The notes under the pieces: model-generated
Told to the model about the DNA's origin: nothing
What the model saw: the letters and a program-made list of their open reading frames with translations, nothing else
The model's database searches: none
Shown: positions 29,358 through 39,472 of the stretch, in pieces
How the letters are laid out: the number at the start of each line of letters is the position of its first letter
How positions within the stretch are numbered: the stretch's first letter is position 1
Made by a program: the position numbers and the translations under genes
DNA from: an uncultured cyanobacterium
Lineage (GTDB): Bacteria; Cyanobacteriota; Cyanobacteriia; Cyanobacteriales; Cyanobacteriaceae
DNA length: 64,000 nucleotides
Assembly (NCBI GenBank): GCA_963749915.1
Contig: CAVVOP010000032.1
Span: 117,902-181,901 of the forward strand
Reading direction: 5' to 3'

Positions 29358-31187
29358 TTGATTATGACTCAAACTACAAGACGCCATTTTTTACAATTGA
29401 CAGGAGGGATTGCAACTAGCCTTGCCCTACATCAAATTCTACCTGCTTCAGCGAAAAGCAAACCTCCTAAGACTTACCTTGACGGAGATGTCATTGACTT
29501 AAAAGTCGAAAAAATGAAAGTAATGATAGGCGATCGCCAAGGAAAAGGAACTATACTGAATAATAGTTTACCTGCCCCCACTCTTCGATTTAAAGAAGGG
29601 CAAACTGTAACTATCAATGTAACGAATAATCTGAAACAAGATACATCTATTCATTGGCACGGTATCATTTTGCCTCAAAATATGGATGGAGTACCGGGAG
29701 TTAGCTTTAGAGGCATAAAACCGGGAGAAACTTTCACTTATAAATTCCCTATCAATCAAAGTGGTACTTATTGGTATCATAGTCACAGCAATATGCAAGA
29801 ACCAATGGGAATGTATGGTGCGATTATTATTGATCCCATTCAACCTGAACCCTTTGAATATGAGCGAGATTATGTAGTTTTACTCTCAGATTGGAGTTTT
29901 GAACATCCTCATGATATTCTTAGCAATCTCAAGAAAATGCCCACCTACTATAACTATCAAAGACGCACGGTGGCAAACTTAGGGGAAGATTGGGATTGGA
30001 AACAAATGCGGATGGATTCATCTGATATTGCCGATGTCACTAGTGCAACTTACACATACTTAATGAATGGTAAGACTAGTGATAAAAATTGGACAGGTAT
30101 ATTTAACTCTGGGGAGAAAGTTCGACTACGTTTTATTAATGGCTCGGCTATGACATTTTTTGATGTCAGGATTCCGGGCTTAAAAATGACTGTAGTACAA
30201 GCTGATGGACAAAATGTACAGCCAGTACCAGTAGATGAATTTAGAATTGGGGTAGCGGAAACCTATGATGTGATTGTTGAACCTACAACTGAACAAGCCT
30301 ATACTATTTTTGCCGAAACTATGGATCGTAGTGGTTATGCTCGTGGTACATTAGCAGTAAAAGAAGGCTTACAAGCGGCAATTCCACCTCGTAGAGAACG
30401 CCCTTTACGTACTATGGCAGATATGGGAATGGATCACGGTAGTCATGGTAGTCATGGTAATCATACTAAATCATCAGAGAAAAATAATCACGACAATCAT
30501 AATATGTCGGAGATGAATCAGAACAATTCCCATGACGGTCATAATGTGCAGGATATGAATCAGAATAATCCTCATGACGGTCATAATGTGCAGGATATGA
30601 ATCAGAATAATCCTCATGACAATCATGATATGTCGGACATGAACCAGAATGAATTAGACTTTGCTTGGCAACCTCATGGTGATAAAAATCATGGTTTAGG
30701 AAATGCGGCAACGCCAACGATGGTCAAAAATCGCTTAAATGAACCGGGAATAGGTTTAGAAGATGTGGATCATCGAGTCTTAGTTTATACAGATCTCAAA
30801 GGTATAAAACCAATGAATAGACGAAAAGTTGATCGAGAAATTGAGCTACATTTAACAGGTAATATGGAACGTTATATGTGGTCATTTGACGGGAAAAAAT
30901 ATTCCGAAGATAAAGAAATTAAATTTTATTACGGAGAGAGATTAAAGCTCACATTTGTCAATGATACGATGATGGAACATCCGATACATCTTCATGGTAT
31001 GTGGATGGAATTGGTTAACGGTAACGGTGAGTATCAACCTCGTAAACACACTATTATTGTGAAACCTGCCGAGAAACTCTCTACTGAAATTGATGTGGAT
31101 GCTAAAGGAAAATGGGCTTTTCACTGCCATTTAATGTATCACATGGATGTGGGTATGTTTCGGACAATTAATGTGGTAAATGCCTGA
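29358..31187 (+). CDS. copA: copper-resistance multicopper oxidase (CopA/PcoA family), Tat-exported
   Basis: TRRHFLQ Tat motif; HWHG, YWYHSH, HPIHLHG, HCHLMYHM copper ligands. Confidence 0.95.
   Translation: MIMTQTTRRHFLQLTGGIATSLALHQILPASAKSKPPKTYLDGDVIDLKVEKMKVMIGDRQGKGTILNNSLPAPTLRFKEGQTVTINVTNNLKQDTSIHWHGIILPQNMDGVPGVSFRGIKPGETFTYKFPINQSGTYWYHSHSNMQEPMGMYGAIIIDPIQPEPFEYERDYVVLLSDWSFEHPHDILSNLKKMPTYYNYQRRTVANLGEDWDWKQMRMDSSDIADVTSATYTYLMNGKTSDKNWTGIFNSGEKVRLRFINGSAMTFFDVRIPGLKMTVVQADGQNVQPVPVDEFRIGVAETYDVIVEPTTEQAYTIFAETMDRSGYARGTLAVKEGLQAAIPPRRERPLRTMADMGMDHGSHGSHGNHTKSSEKNNHDNHNMSEMNQNNSHDGHNVQDMNQNNPHDGHNVQDMNQNNPHDNHDMSDMNQNELDFAWQPHGDKNHGLGNAATPTMVKNRLNEPGIGLEDVDHRVLVYTDLKGIKPMNRRKVDREIELHLTGNMERYMWSFDGKKYSEDKEIKFYYGERLKLTFVNDTMMEHPIHLHGMWMELVNGNGEYQPRKHTIIVKPAEKLSTEIDVDAKGKWAFHCHLMYHMDVGMFRTINVVNA
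30489..30653 (+). repeat. 42-bp in-frame tandem repeat (about 4 units) encoding HDxHNxxxMNQNNx
   Basis: Units at 30489, 30531, 30573, 30615; units 2 and 3 identical. Confidence 0.92.
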
Positions 31188-31218
31188 GATATTCATGAAG
31201 TAGTGAGTAGGATGGGCA

Positions 31219-32208
31219 TTGTTCACAAGCAGCATCAATTTGTCTGAGTTATTCATTTTTTTACTCGCTAAAATAACATCAATGTTAGGATCAAAAACCT
31301 TAAAAAACTTAGAGATTTTCTGTTTAATTTGCACTTTCAGTTTTATTCCTTTTATTAGTCAGAGTAAGGCAGAAGAAGTTGAGAAGTTTACTCTAAAAAA
31401 TCCTGATAATCTTAACTCTTTTAAACTAGACAATAATTCGGAAGCAAAAGAGCTCTTTTTCCAACAATTTGTTGAACAAAAATCTTTGAGTCAAGAAGAA
31501 ACTTTTACTTTTGCTCAGTCTAATTCTACCGAACAAGAAGAAGATTTTGGAGAACCGATCGATGATAGTCAAATTTTCTGGTTTTTATTATTTGATCAAC
31601 TAGAATATCAAGTTAATGAAAACGAAAATATCTTTAACTGGGATATTACTGGTTGGGTTGGTGGTGATTATCAAAAACTATGGATAAAAAGTGAAGGAGA
31701 TGTAAGTCTTGATGATGGTAACGGTAAAGCAGAATTACAACTTTTATACGGCAAACAAATTTCTCCCTACTTTGATTTCCAAGCTGGATTAAGATATGAC
31801 CAATTATACGGTGATGAAGGTAATAGTAGAGGTTTTGCTGTTATCGGAATTCAAGGATTAGCACCCTATTTTTTTGAAATAGACGGTTCACTATTTATCA
31901 GTCACAAAGGAGATGTTTCTGCTCGTTTCAAAGCTGAATATGAACTTTTCTTATCACAAAGAGTCGTTTTACAGCCTAGAGTTGAGACAAATTTAGCTAT
32001 TCAAGAAGTGGAAGAGTTTGGTGTTGGTAGTGGCTTTAACGATTTAGAGTTAGGTTTGCGATTACGCTATGAAATTAGTCGAGAATTTGCTCCTTATATC
32101 GGCATAAGTTGGGAGAAATTATTTGGGAAAACCGCTGAATTTGCTGAAGAAGAAGGAGAAAGTAGCGATGAGGTGAAATTTGTCACTGGTTTGAGATTAT
32201 TGTTTTAA
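31219..32208 (+). CDS. copB: copper-resistance outer-membrane protein CopB/PcoB
   Basis: FDQLEY, WVGGDYQKLWIKSEG, QGLAPYFFE, GLRLRYEISREFAPY, terminal F; true start probably downstream (MLGSK). Confidence 0.92.
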   Translation: MFTSSINLSELFIFLLAKITSMLGSKTLKNLEIFCLICTFSFIPFISQSKAEEVEKFTLKNPDNLNSFKLDNNSEAKELFFQQFVEQKSLSQEETFTFAQSNSTEQEEDFGEPIDDSQIFWFLLFDQLEYQVNENENIFNWDITGWVGGDYQKLWIKSEGDVSLDDGNGKAELQLLYGKQISPYFDFQAGLRYDQLYGDEGNSRGFAVIGIQGLAPYFFEIDGSLFISHKGDVSARFKAEYELFLSQRVVLQPRVETNLAIQEVEEFGVGSGFNDLELGLRLRYEISREFAPYIGISWEKLFGKTAEFAEEEGESSDEVKFVTGLRLLF

Positions 32209-32274
32209 ATGGACACAAAAATTAACTATTTGGCGTTGATTATTTGAGCGATGATTTCTTCTTTTCTAATTTAA

Positions 32275-32982
32275 TTGATTATGCGAATTTTGCTAGTAGA
32301 AGATGAACCAGATTTAGGAGTTGCCATTAAACGAACTCTAAATCAACATAACTATATTGTCGATTGGGTTTTTAATGGTGATCAAGCATGGAATTATTTA
32401 GAAGACTCTCATTTAGAATACAGTTTAGCAATCTTCGACTGGTTGTTACCAGGGATATCGGGGATTGAATTACTCCAGCGTTTGAGAAGTCAAAACAATC
32501 CTTTACCTGTACTCATGCTGACGGCAAAAGATAGCATGGAAGACAAGGTAATAGGTTTAAATGCTGGTGCAGATGACTATTTAGTTAAACCTTTTGGTAT
32601 GGCTGAATTGTTAGCTCGACTTCGTGCCTTACAAAGACGATCTCCTCAACTACAATCCCAACAACTTACAGTGGGTAATCTTGAGCTAGATTATGGTACT
32701 AATACCGTTAAATGCACAGAGACATCGGGTGAAACAAAAGTTATTCCCCTCACAAGTAAAGAATTTCAATTGTTAGAGTATTTTATGCGACATCCCCACC
32801 AAATTTTAACCAGAGATCAACTTAAGGAGCGATTATGGGAATTAGGTTCAGAACCGATAAGTAATGTAGTAGCAGCACAAATGCGATTATTACGCAAGAA
32901 ATTATCACAGTATGGTTGTGAGCATTTAATTGAAACTGTTTATGGATTAGGTTATCGTTTATTAATCAATGAATCAAAATAG
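32275..32982 (+). CDS. copR: OmpR-family response regulator, CopR/RppA type
   Basis: MRILLVEDE, FDWLLPG, GADDYLVKPF, SNVVAAQMRLLR. Confidence 0.8.
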   Translation: MIMRILLVEDEPDLGVAIKRTLNQHNYIVDWVFNGDQAWNYLEDSHLEYSLAIFDWLLPGISGIELLQRLRSQNNPLPVLMLTAKDSMEDKVIGLNAGADDYLVKPFGMAELLARLRALQRRSPQLQSQQLTVGNLELDYGTNTVKCTETSGETKVIPLTSKEFQLLEYFMRHPHQILTRDQLKERLWELGSEPISNVVAAQMRLLRKKLSQYGCEHLIETVYGLGYRLLINESK

Positions 32983-34312
32983 ACTATTTGAGCAAACACG
33001 TTGGCGATTGGCAAGATGGTATGCGGGTATTTTAAGTTTGATTTTAGGTGTATCGGCATTAGCTGTTTATGAAGCGATCGCTCATGCTCATCGAATTACC
33101 ATTAACCAAGAACTAGAAACAGTTGCAGGTACTATTCATGATAGTCTCGAACCTATCTTACAACACCCTGGAAAAATAGAAGAAAGCGTCACTAATCTTT
33201 TACCAGATTTATGTCTAGTGGCAAGGAATTGCACCAAAAATAATCATCACAATCGCCACTTAGACGGAGCAATTCAACAAGATAACTACTATTTACAGTT
33301 TTTTGATTTATCTGGGCGTTTAGTTGCACTAGCAGGAATACAACCAAAAGGTTTATCTATAAGTTATAGTCAGCAACAATGGCAAAATCTAAGGGATAAT
33401 AAGGGCATTCGTTATCGCCAAATTTATCTGGAATTGGATACCCAAGATAATCAACCTTGGGGCTATCTTCAGATAGGCAGAAATCTACAAGCATTTGATA
33501 ATTATGTCGCCAATGTCAAATGGATTCTCTTGTTAGGATTGCCAATTCTTATTGTCTTGGTCATGTTGGCGAGTTGGTGGTTAGCAGGAAAAGCTATGGA
33601 ACCGATTTACCAATCCTACCAACAAATTCAACAATTTACTGCTGATGCAGCCCATGAATTAAGGACTCCTTTAGCCGCTATCCGAGCAACTATTGAATCT
33701 TATTTGATGTTGCCAAATTTAACTCCAAAAGATAGCCAAGATGTTTTAAGCACCATTCAAAGGCAGAATCAACGTCTTTCTTCTTTAGTTGCAGATTTAT
33801 TAATGCTTTCTCGAATGGAGCGAAAACTTAGTACAAATCATCAGTTATTAGGTAAACCAGTCAATATCAATGATTTAATCACTGATATTGCTGAGGAATT
33901 TGCTGCTTTAGCCAAGAGAGAGGAAATTAGTCTGATTCCTAAAATAGAGGTTACTCAACCGTTAAAAGTGATGGGAGATGAAGAACAATTGTATCGTTTA
34001 GTGGCTAATTTAGTGATTAATGCCATTCAACATACCTTAAAGGGAGGGCAAGTAACTTTAGTTTTAAGGCAAGAAAATAATAAAGCTTTAATTGAGGTTA
34101 TTGATGCGGGAATTGGTATTCCCGAAAATGAACAAAAACTTATATTCGATCGCTTTTATCGAGTTAATAAAGCACGTTCAAGGGATAGAGGTGGTTCTGG
34201 TTTGGGTTTAGCCATTGCGAAGGCGATCGCTCTTGCTCATCAAGGTAATATAAAAGTAAAAAGTGAATTAGGAAAGGGAAGTACCTTTACTATTTGTTTC
34301 CCGATTATGTAG
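32969..34312 (+). CDS. copS: sensor histidine kinase, CopS/RppB type
   Basis: RLARWYAG, AIAHAH, FTADAAHELRTP, DAGIGI, GGSGLGLAI; overlaps the regulator. Confidence 0.8.
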   Translation: MNQNRLFEQTRWRLARWYAGILSLILGVSALAVYEAIAHAHRITINQELETVAGTIHDSLEPILQHPGKIEESVTNLLPDLCLVARNCTKNNHHNRHLDGAIQQDNYYLQFFDLSGRLVALAGIQPKGLSISYSQQQWQNLRDNKGIRYRQIYLELDTQDNQPWGYLQIGRNLQAFDNYVANVKWILLLGLPILIVLVMLASWWLAGKAMEPIYQSYQQIQQFTADAAHELRTPLAAIRATIESYLMLPNLTPKDSQDVLSTIQRQNQRLSSLVADLLMLSRMERKLSTNHQLLGKPVNINDLITDIAEEFAALAKREEISLIPKIEVTQPLKVMGDEEQLYRLVANLVINAIQHTLKGGQVTLVLRQENNKALIEVIDAGIGIPENEQKLIFDRFYRVNKARSRDRGGSGLGLAIAKAIALAHQGNIKVKSELGKGSTFTICFPIM

Positions 34313-34325
34313 ATACAGTTGAAAA

Positions 34326-34430
34326 TCATTCCTTCAAGACTAAAGGATTGACGGTGTTGAGTGTCTGAAAGCGATTAAAATCCCGATCCGCGGTCCATAG
34401 TTCCGTCACACCGTGTTGTTTGCATAATAA
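34326..34430 (-). pseudogene. PIN/VapC toxin C-terminal fragment
   Basis: Hand-translated LCKQHGVTELWTADRDFNRFQTLNTVNPLVLKE*. Confidence 0.7.
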
Positions 34431-34623
34431 TTTTTCTAGCCTAGTTAAGTAAAACAAGCAACTTGAGCAAGACAGTCCTAGGGGTAGTTAGATCTCAACC
34501 TTGTTGGCGATAATTTTTGGCTAATCTCTCCTTTTTGGGCCGCTTAATTTACCTGCTCATTCAGAAGCGAGCAGAAGAAAAATGATTTTTTCAAAAATAT
34601 TAATTAGCGAATATTATTCGCTA

Positions 34624-35368
34624 ACCTGAGTTCGATGTAAGAAAATAGTCTCAAACTTTTAACTTATATGAGTTTTGGGTTTATACTATTTTCGCTATTT
34701 TACAATTCTTAATGTATTAAAAGTTCTACCCAGATTAATAAGTTAATTTTTCTGAATATTTATTAAATTTCATTGTTAATATCTCCCTTTTTTAAAAAAT
34801 TAATTTCATAATCAATATGTTATTTTTTAAAAATTAATTTTTATGGAATTAGAAACACTTTTCGATGATGTAGATGATTTCTGTTTAATTTTTGAACCAT
34901 CTTTTAATCGTCAAATTTTATCATCTAAACAGAAAAAAAGAATCAAAAATAGTCGATTATCCTTGAGTGAAATTATGACTATTATTATTTATTTTCATCA
35001 TTCTAGTTATCGAAACTTTAAACATTATTATCAAAATCATATTCAGGTTTATCATTTTCAAGATTTTCCTAATTTGGTCAGTTATAATCGTTACAATGGG
35101 TATTCCTATTTGCCACAATAAAAGAGCCAAAAGAAATAAAGTTTTTGATAACTTGGCTCATTGGGGGAAAAGCTCTATAGACTGGTACTTCGGCTTTAAA
35201 CTACATTTAATTATTAATGAATTGGGAGAAATATTGGCATTTCAAATAACAAAAGGTAATGTGGACGATAGAAAAACAGTACCTTATTTAACTTGGGAAA
35301 AATTAATGTTAAGAAAAAGGTCATTAATTGAAACGGTAACAGAGATTGACATTCTTATGCTAAACTAA
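34624..35368 (+). mobile_element. IS982-family element remnant (left end plus two transposase fragments)
   Basis: ACCTGAGTTCG end; LFDDVDDFC, LSLSEIMTI, FPNLVSYNR (34843-35121); WYFGFKLHL, GNVDDR, RKRSLIETV (35096-35368). Confidence 0.85.
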
Positions 35369-35387
35369 ACAGCCCTAAGGCTGTTTA
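35366..35387 (-). terminator. hairpin downstream of glpX
   Basis: TAAACAGCC-ctaa-GGCTGTTTA. Confidence 0.55.
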
Positions 35388-35395
35388 ACGTCTTA

Positions 35396-36436
35396 CTATT
35401 TTAATTGGATATTTTTGGGTTTATCCCACATATGAACAGTATCAACGAAACGAGCAGTGCTAGACTGACTAGAGATTACCAAACTTTGGGTTCTTGCACC
35501 ACCATGGAAAAAACGTACACCTTCCATTAAAGTACCCGGAGTGATGCCACAGGCCGCAAATAGCACGGTTTCACCTGATGCTAATTCTTCAGCGTTGTAA
35601 ACCTTATCAGGATCTGTAATACCCATACTGCGTAAACGCTCAAGATTACTTTCTTTACTTTCACCGATTAAACCGGTTTTTACGATTTCAGGATCATAAA
35701 TTAATTGTCCTTGGAAGTGACCACCTAAGCAACGCATCGCTGCCGCAGAAATAACACCTTCAGGTGCAGCCCCAATACCCATTAAAGCATGAATATTACT
35801 ACCAGAAAAGGCACAGGAAATCGCCGCAGAAACGTCACCATCAGTTATTAAACGTACTCTTGCACCAGCGTCACGGATTTCTTTAACTAAGTCATTATGA
35901 CGTGAACGATCCATGACGACAACGACTAACTCCTCAACACTGCGGTTCATACACTCAGCGATAATTTTGAGGTTTTCTGTCGCCGATTTGCGGATGTCAA
36001 CATGACCTTGTGCCGCAGGAGGTGCCGCTAATTTCTTCATGTAGAAGTCAGGGGCAGCAAATAATCCGCCTTTTTCAGAGATTGCTAATACTGCCATCGA
36101 ACCATTTTGACCGTATGCTACAAGGTTAGTACCTTCACAGGGATCTACGGCAATGTCAATCTCGATTAATTCTTCAAGATTACAAAAATTACCAGCATCA
36201 GGGCGAGTACAAATACCTACTTCTTCTCCGATATAAAGCATAGGTGCATCATCTCTTTCGCCTTCACCGATAACGATTCTGCCACGCATTTTAATTTTAT
36301 TCATTCTTTCCCGCATGGCTTCCACTGCTACTTCATCAGCAATGTCTTTTTCGCCTTTTCCCATCCATTTTGAGGATGCGATCGCAGCTTGTTCCACTAC
36401 TTCAATAATCTCTAATCCTAGTGTAGTCTCTAACAT
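35396..36436 (-). CDS. glpX: class II FBPase/SBPase
   Basis: [48 protein letters not shown]. Confidence 0.97.
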   Translation of the reverse strand: MLETTLGLEIIEVVEQAAIASSKWMGKGEKDIADEVAVEAMRERMNKIKMRGRIVIGEGERDDAPMLYIGEEVGICTRPDAGNFCNLEELIEIDIAVDPCEGTNLVAYGQNGSMAVLAISEKGGLFAAPDFYMKKLAAPPAAQGHVDIRKSATENLKIIAECMNRSVEELVVVVMDRSRHNDLVKEIRDAGARVRLITDGDVSAAISCAFSGSNIHALMGIGAAPEGVISAAAMRCLGGHFQGQLIYDPEIVKTGLIGESKESNLERLRSMGITDPDKVYNAEELASGETVLFAACGITPGTLMEGVRFFHGGARTQSLVISSQSSTARFVDTVHMWDKPKNIQLK

Positions 36437-36717
36437 TTATATCCTCCAAAGATATGTAATTAAATTTATTAGTATTTGATTTAATAAAAAGTCGTCAACA
36501 AAAAGTGTATCAGAGACAGGGATCATTTTTTCAGGTGACTCCTGATTGCAAACTTGAGCAATGGTTTCAAAGTTATCAATAATTTGTTGCGGTAGGCTCG
36601 GATTTTGCCCCTCCAAGGCTGGTTGCGTCAAGATCTTCTGAATGCATTTGAAGTTCATCCATTTTGTGTCAAGATGGAACCGGTTTGACCAAAAAATAAT
36701 TCTATTTGTAATTAAAC

Positions 36718-38340
36718 ATGAGAAAAATAGCTAAATTTTTAAAATATATCGGACTTTCATTTATCTGTTTAGGTTTAATTGTAGCGTGCAATACTAACTC
36801 AAGGGAACAAACTACCCCTCCCTCTACAGTCAATGATAACGGTAGAATAACCATTGGAACTACTCTTAAGGCGAGAACATTAGATCCAGCGGACAGCTAT
36901 GAAATAGCCGGTTTAAATTTAATTTATAATATAGGTGAAAGTCTTTATACTTATAAATTGGGGACAACAGAATTAATACCTTTATTAGCAACGGCGATGC
37001 CAACGGTCAGCGATGATGGTTTGATCTATAGGATACCTTTACGAGAAGGGGTAAAATTTCATGATGACACGGTTTTTAATGCTGAGGCCATGAAGTTTTC
37101 TTTGGATAGGTTTATGAAAAATGGTGGGAAGCCTTCCTTTTTGTTGAGTGATACGGTGAAAGAAATTCAGGCAACGGGAGAGTACGAGTTAACTGTCATT
37201 CTTGATAAACCTTTTGCAGCTTTTCCTGCCTTACTGGCATTTCCGGGAGTTTGCGCTGTTTCCCCTCAAGGTTATACTATCGGTGAAGGGCAATTTAAAC
37301 CGAATGAGTTAGTCGCTACAGGTCCTTATAAGTTAACTTCTTTTAACACTGATTCCGTCAGTTTAGACGTTTTTGATGGTTATTGGGGGAAAAAACCGAG
37401 TAATAAAGGCATTGATTTGCAAATTTATGGTGGTAACTCCGCCAATCTTTATAATAGTTTCTTAACTGGTGCTGTGGCTGTCGCTTATCAAACTTTTGCC
37501 CCAGAACAAATAACAACTTTATTACAAGATGCTACGGCGGGAAAATTTCAAATGACCCAGGGATCTGGTACGGTTGTTAGTTATATGGTGTTAAATCGGA
37601 ATCAAAAACCTTTGGATCAAATTGAAGTGCGACAGGCGATCGCCGCTTTAGTTGATCGTAAGTTAATCGTAGATAGAGTATTACAGGGACAGTCCGAGCC
37701 ATTATATAGTTTAATTCCCAATGTTTTTGAGGTTTCCCAACCAGTTTTTCAAACGAAATATGAAGATAGTAATATTGCATTAGCCAAAGAATTATTAACC
37801 AAAGCAGGTTTTTCTGCAACTAATCCCGCCATTGTTGAGATTTGGTATCCTTCCGCCTCGAAAACTCGTAGTGGTGTTGCCAGTACTTTAAAAGCAATCG
37901 CTGATCAACAATTAGAGGGTATAATCCAATTTATCCCCAATGGGGTGGAAAGTGCCACTGCTTTTAGTAACTTAGGCAAGGGAATTTATGCAAGTTTTTT
38001 AGGTGACTGGTATCCCGATTTTCTCGATGCCGATAACTACATACAGCCTTTTTTACAATGCATAAAAGGTAGTGAAGTTCAAGGGTGTATCGAAGGAGGG
38101 GCGCAAACTCAAGGCTCATTCTTTTATAATGCGAAAGTCAATGAATTGATAGATAAACAACGTCGAGAATTGGACACAGAACTGCGTAAAACTACCCTTG
38201 CCGATATTCAGTCTATTATGGCAGAAGAAGTACCTTATATCCCTCTGTGGCAAAATAAAGACTATGCTTTTGCTCAAAATGGAATCACCGGGGTTACCAT
38301 TAATCCTAGTCAAAATTTCCCTTTTTGGACAATAAAATAA
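36718..38340 (+). CDS. ABC transporter substrate-binding lipoprotein, peptide/nickel family 5
   Basis: Lipobox IVAC, LDPAD, LREGVKFHD, TGPYKL, WYPDFLDADNY. Confidence 0.9.
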   Translation: MRKIAKFLKYIGLSFICLGLIVACNTNSREQTTPPSTVNDNGRITIGTTLKARTLDPADSYEIAGLNLIYNIGESLYTYKLGTTELIPLLATAMPTVSDDGLIYRIPLREGVKFHDDTVFNAEAMKFSLDRFMKNGGKPSFLLSDTVKEIQATGEYELTVILDKPFAAFPALLAFPGVCAVSPQGYTIGEGQFKPNELVATGPYKLTSFNTDSVSLDVFDGYWGKKPSNKGIDLQIYGGNSANLYNSFLTGAVAVAYQTFAPEQITTLLQDATAGKFQMTQGSGTVVSYMVLNRNQKPLDQIEVRQAIAALVDRKLIVDRVLQGQSEPLYSLIPNVFEVSQPVFQTKYEDSNIALAKELLTKAGFSATNPAIVEIWYPSASKTRSGVASTLKAIADQQLEGIIQFIPNGVESATAFSNLGKGIYASFLGDWYPDFLDADNYIQPFLQCIKGSEVQGCIEGGAQTQGSFFYNAKVNELIDKQRRELDTELRKTTLADIQSIMAEEVPYIPLWQNKDYAFAQNGITGVTINPSQNFPFWTIK

Positions 38341-38425
38341 TAAATAATTAACCCCACTTTTCCCGCATCAAAAGTTAGTGCTATAAAGCGAATTGCAGAA
38401 ACTGGGGGATAAGGTTTTATTTGTT

Positions 38426-39325
38426 TTAGGAAAAAGAGAGTAGAGGCAACAGAAGAGTCACGAAATAATAAACCAAGGGTGCAGTGAAAACATAACTATC
38501 AGTCCGATCTAATATACCACCATGACCGGGTATTAACTCTCCTGAATCTTTAACCCCAGCATCTCGCTTCATCATTGATTCCAATAAGTCACCGAATAAA
38601 CTGACAACACCGATAAGTAAGCCTAATAATAAACCTGTTACTTGCCAATAGGGCCAATCCAAAAACCACGCACCGTATAAACCCACTAGCATACTGCTAC
38701 TAATGCCAAACAAGGAACCCTCGACAGTTTTTTTGGGGCTAATATGGGATAATTTTGTTTTGCCGAAATTTTTGCCGATTAAATAAGCACCAATATCTGC
38801 CGCCCAAATACAAGCCATGGCAATAAAAGTAATTTTCAGGGCATCGGGAAAACTGTGTAAGTCGAAAATATTTGCCGGGAAATAACCATCTAAAGGTAAA
38901 TTATGAATGTTAGGAATAGTTTGTGCATAGGCTTGATCTTGTCCTAAACTTACTCTTAAGCGAATCCAATAACTGGGTAAATATCCAGCATAAAATAATC
39001 CTAAAATTGATGTAGATATATCGGCGATGGTGGCTAATTTCGGTAAAAATAATAAATAAAAACAAATTAATGCACCTGCTAAAGCGAAAGTAGCATCAGT
39101 TAAACTGGGAACAAATGTGGCGGTAATTAACAAAAATTGTGACACTACCATTGTAGTTTTAACGGCTGGTTCGATTCCCTTGGCTTTCACAAGACGAAAA
39201 TACTCCACTTGGGCAAGAAATACTATTACCCCAAAGCTGATAGTAAAATATAAACCACCTAAGATAATCATTATCAATGCTAAGGCGATCGCAACTATCG
39301 TGCTAATGATCCGAGTATAAGGCAT
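38426..39325 (-). CDS. cdsA: phosphatidate cytidylyltransferase
   Basis: WAADIGAY, ISPKKTVEG, KRDAGVKDSG..IPGHGGILDRTDS. Confidence 0.96.
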   Translation of the reverse strand: MPYTRIISTIVAIALALIMIILGGLYFTISFGVIVFLAQVEYFRLVKAKGIEPAVKTTMVVSQFLLITATFVPSLTDATFALAGALICFYLLFLPKLATIADISTSILGLFYAGYLPSYWIRLRVSLGQDQAYAQTIPNIHNLPLDGYFPANIFDLHSFPDALKITFIAMACIWAADIGAYLIGKNFGKTKLSHISPKKTVEGSLFGISSSMLVGLYGAWFLDWPYWQVTGLLLGLLIGVVSLFGDLLESMMKRDAGVKDSGELIPGHGGILDRTDSYVFTAPLVYYFVTLLLPLLSFS

Positions 39326-39472
39326 ATTTTAACAATGAGCAAAATGTTGGAAACTAATCTCCCATTTTATCTTAAAATTTAGGATAAGTAAGCAGTCGTC
39401 GATTAACCTTTAGCTCATACTCTAAGCCAAACAAGATTATATTATAAGAATTATTATTTTCTAATAGCTTAT

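Noticed and set aside
34765..34810. Additional CopR boxes (two ATTTCAT)
   Set aside because: Not at the 11-bp period, lack the CCTRA spacer, and lie inside the IS982 remnant
36437..36658. 73-aa ORF abutting glpX
   Set aside because: Occupies the glpX promoter region and has no recognisable motif
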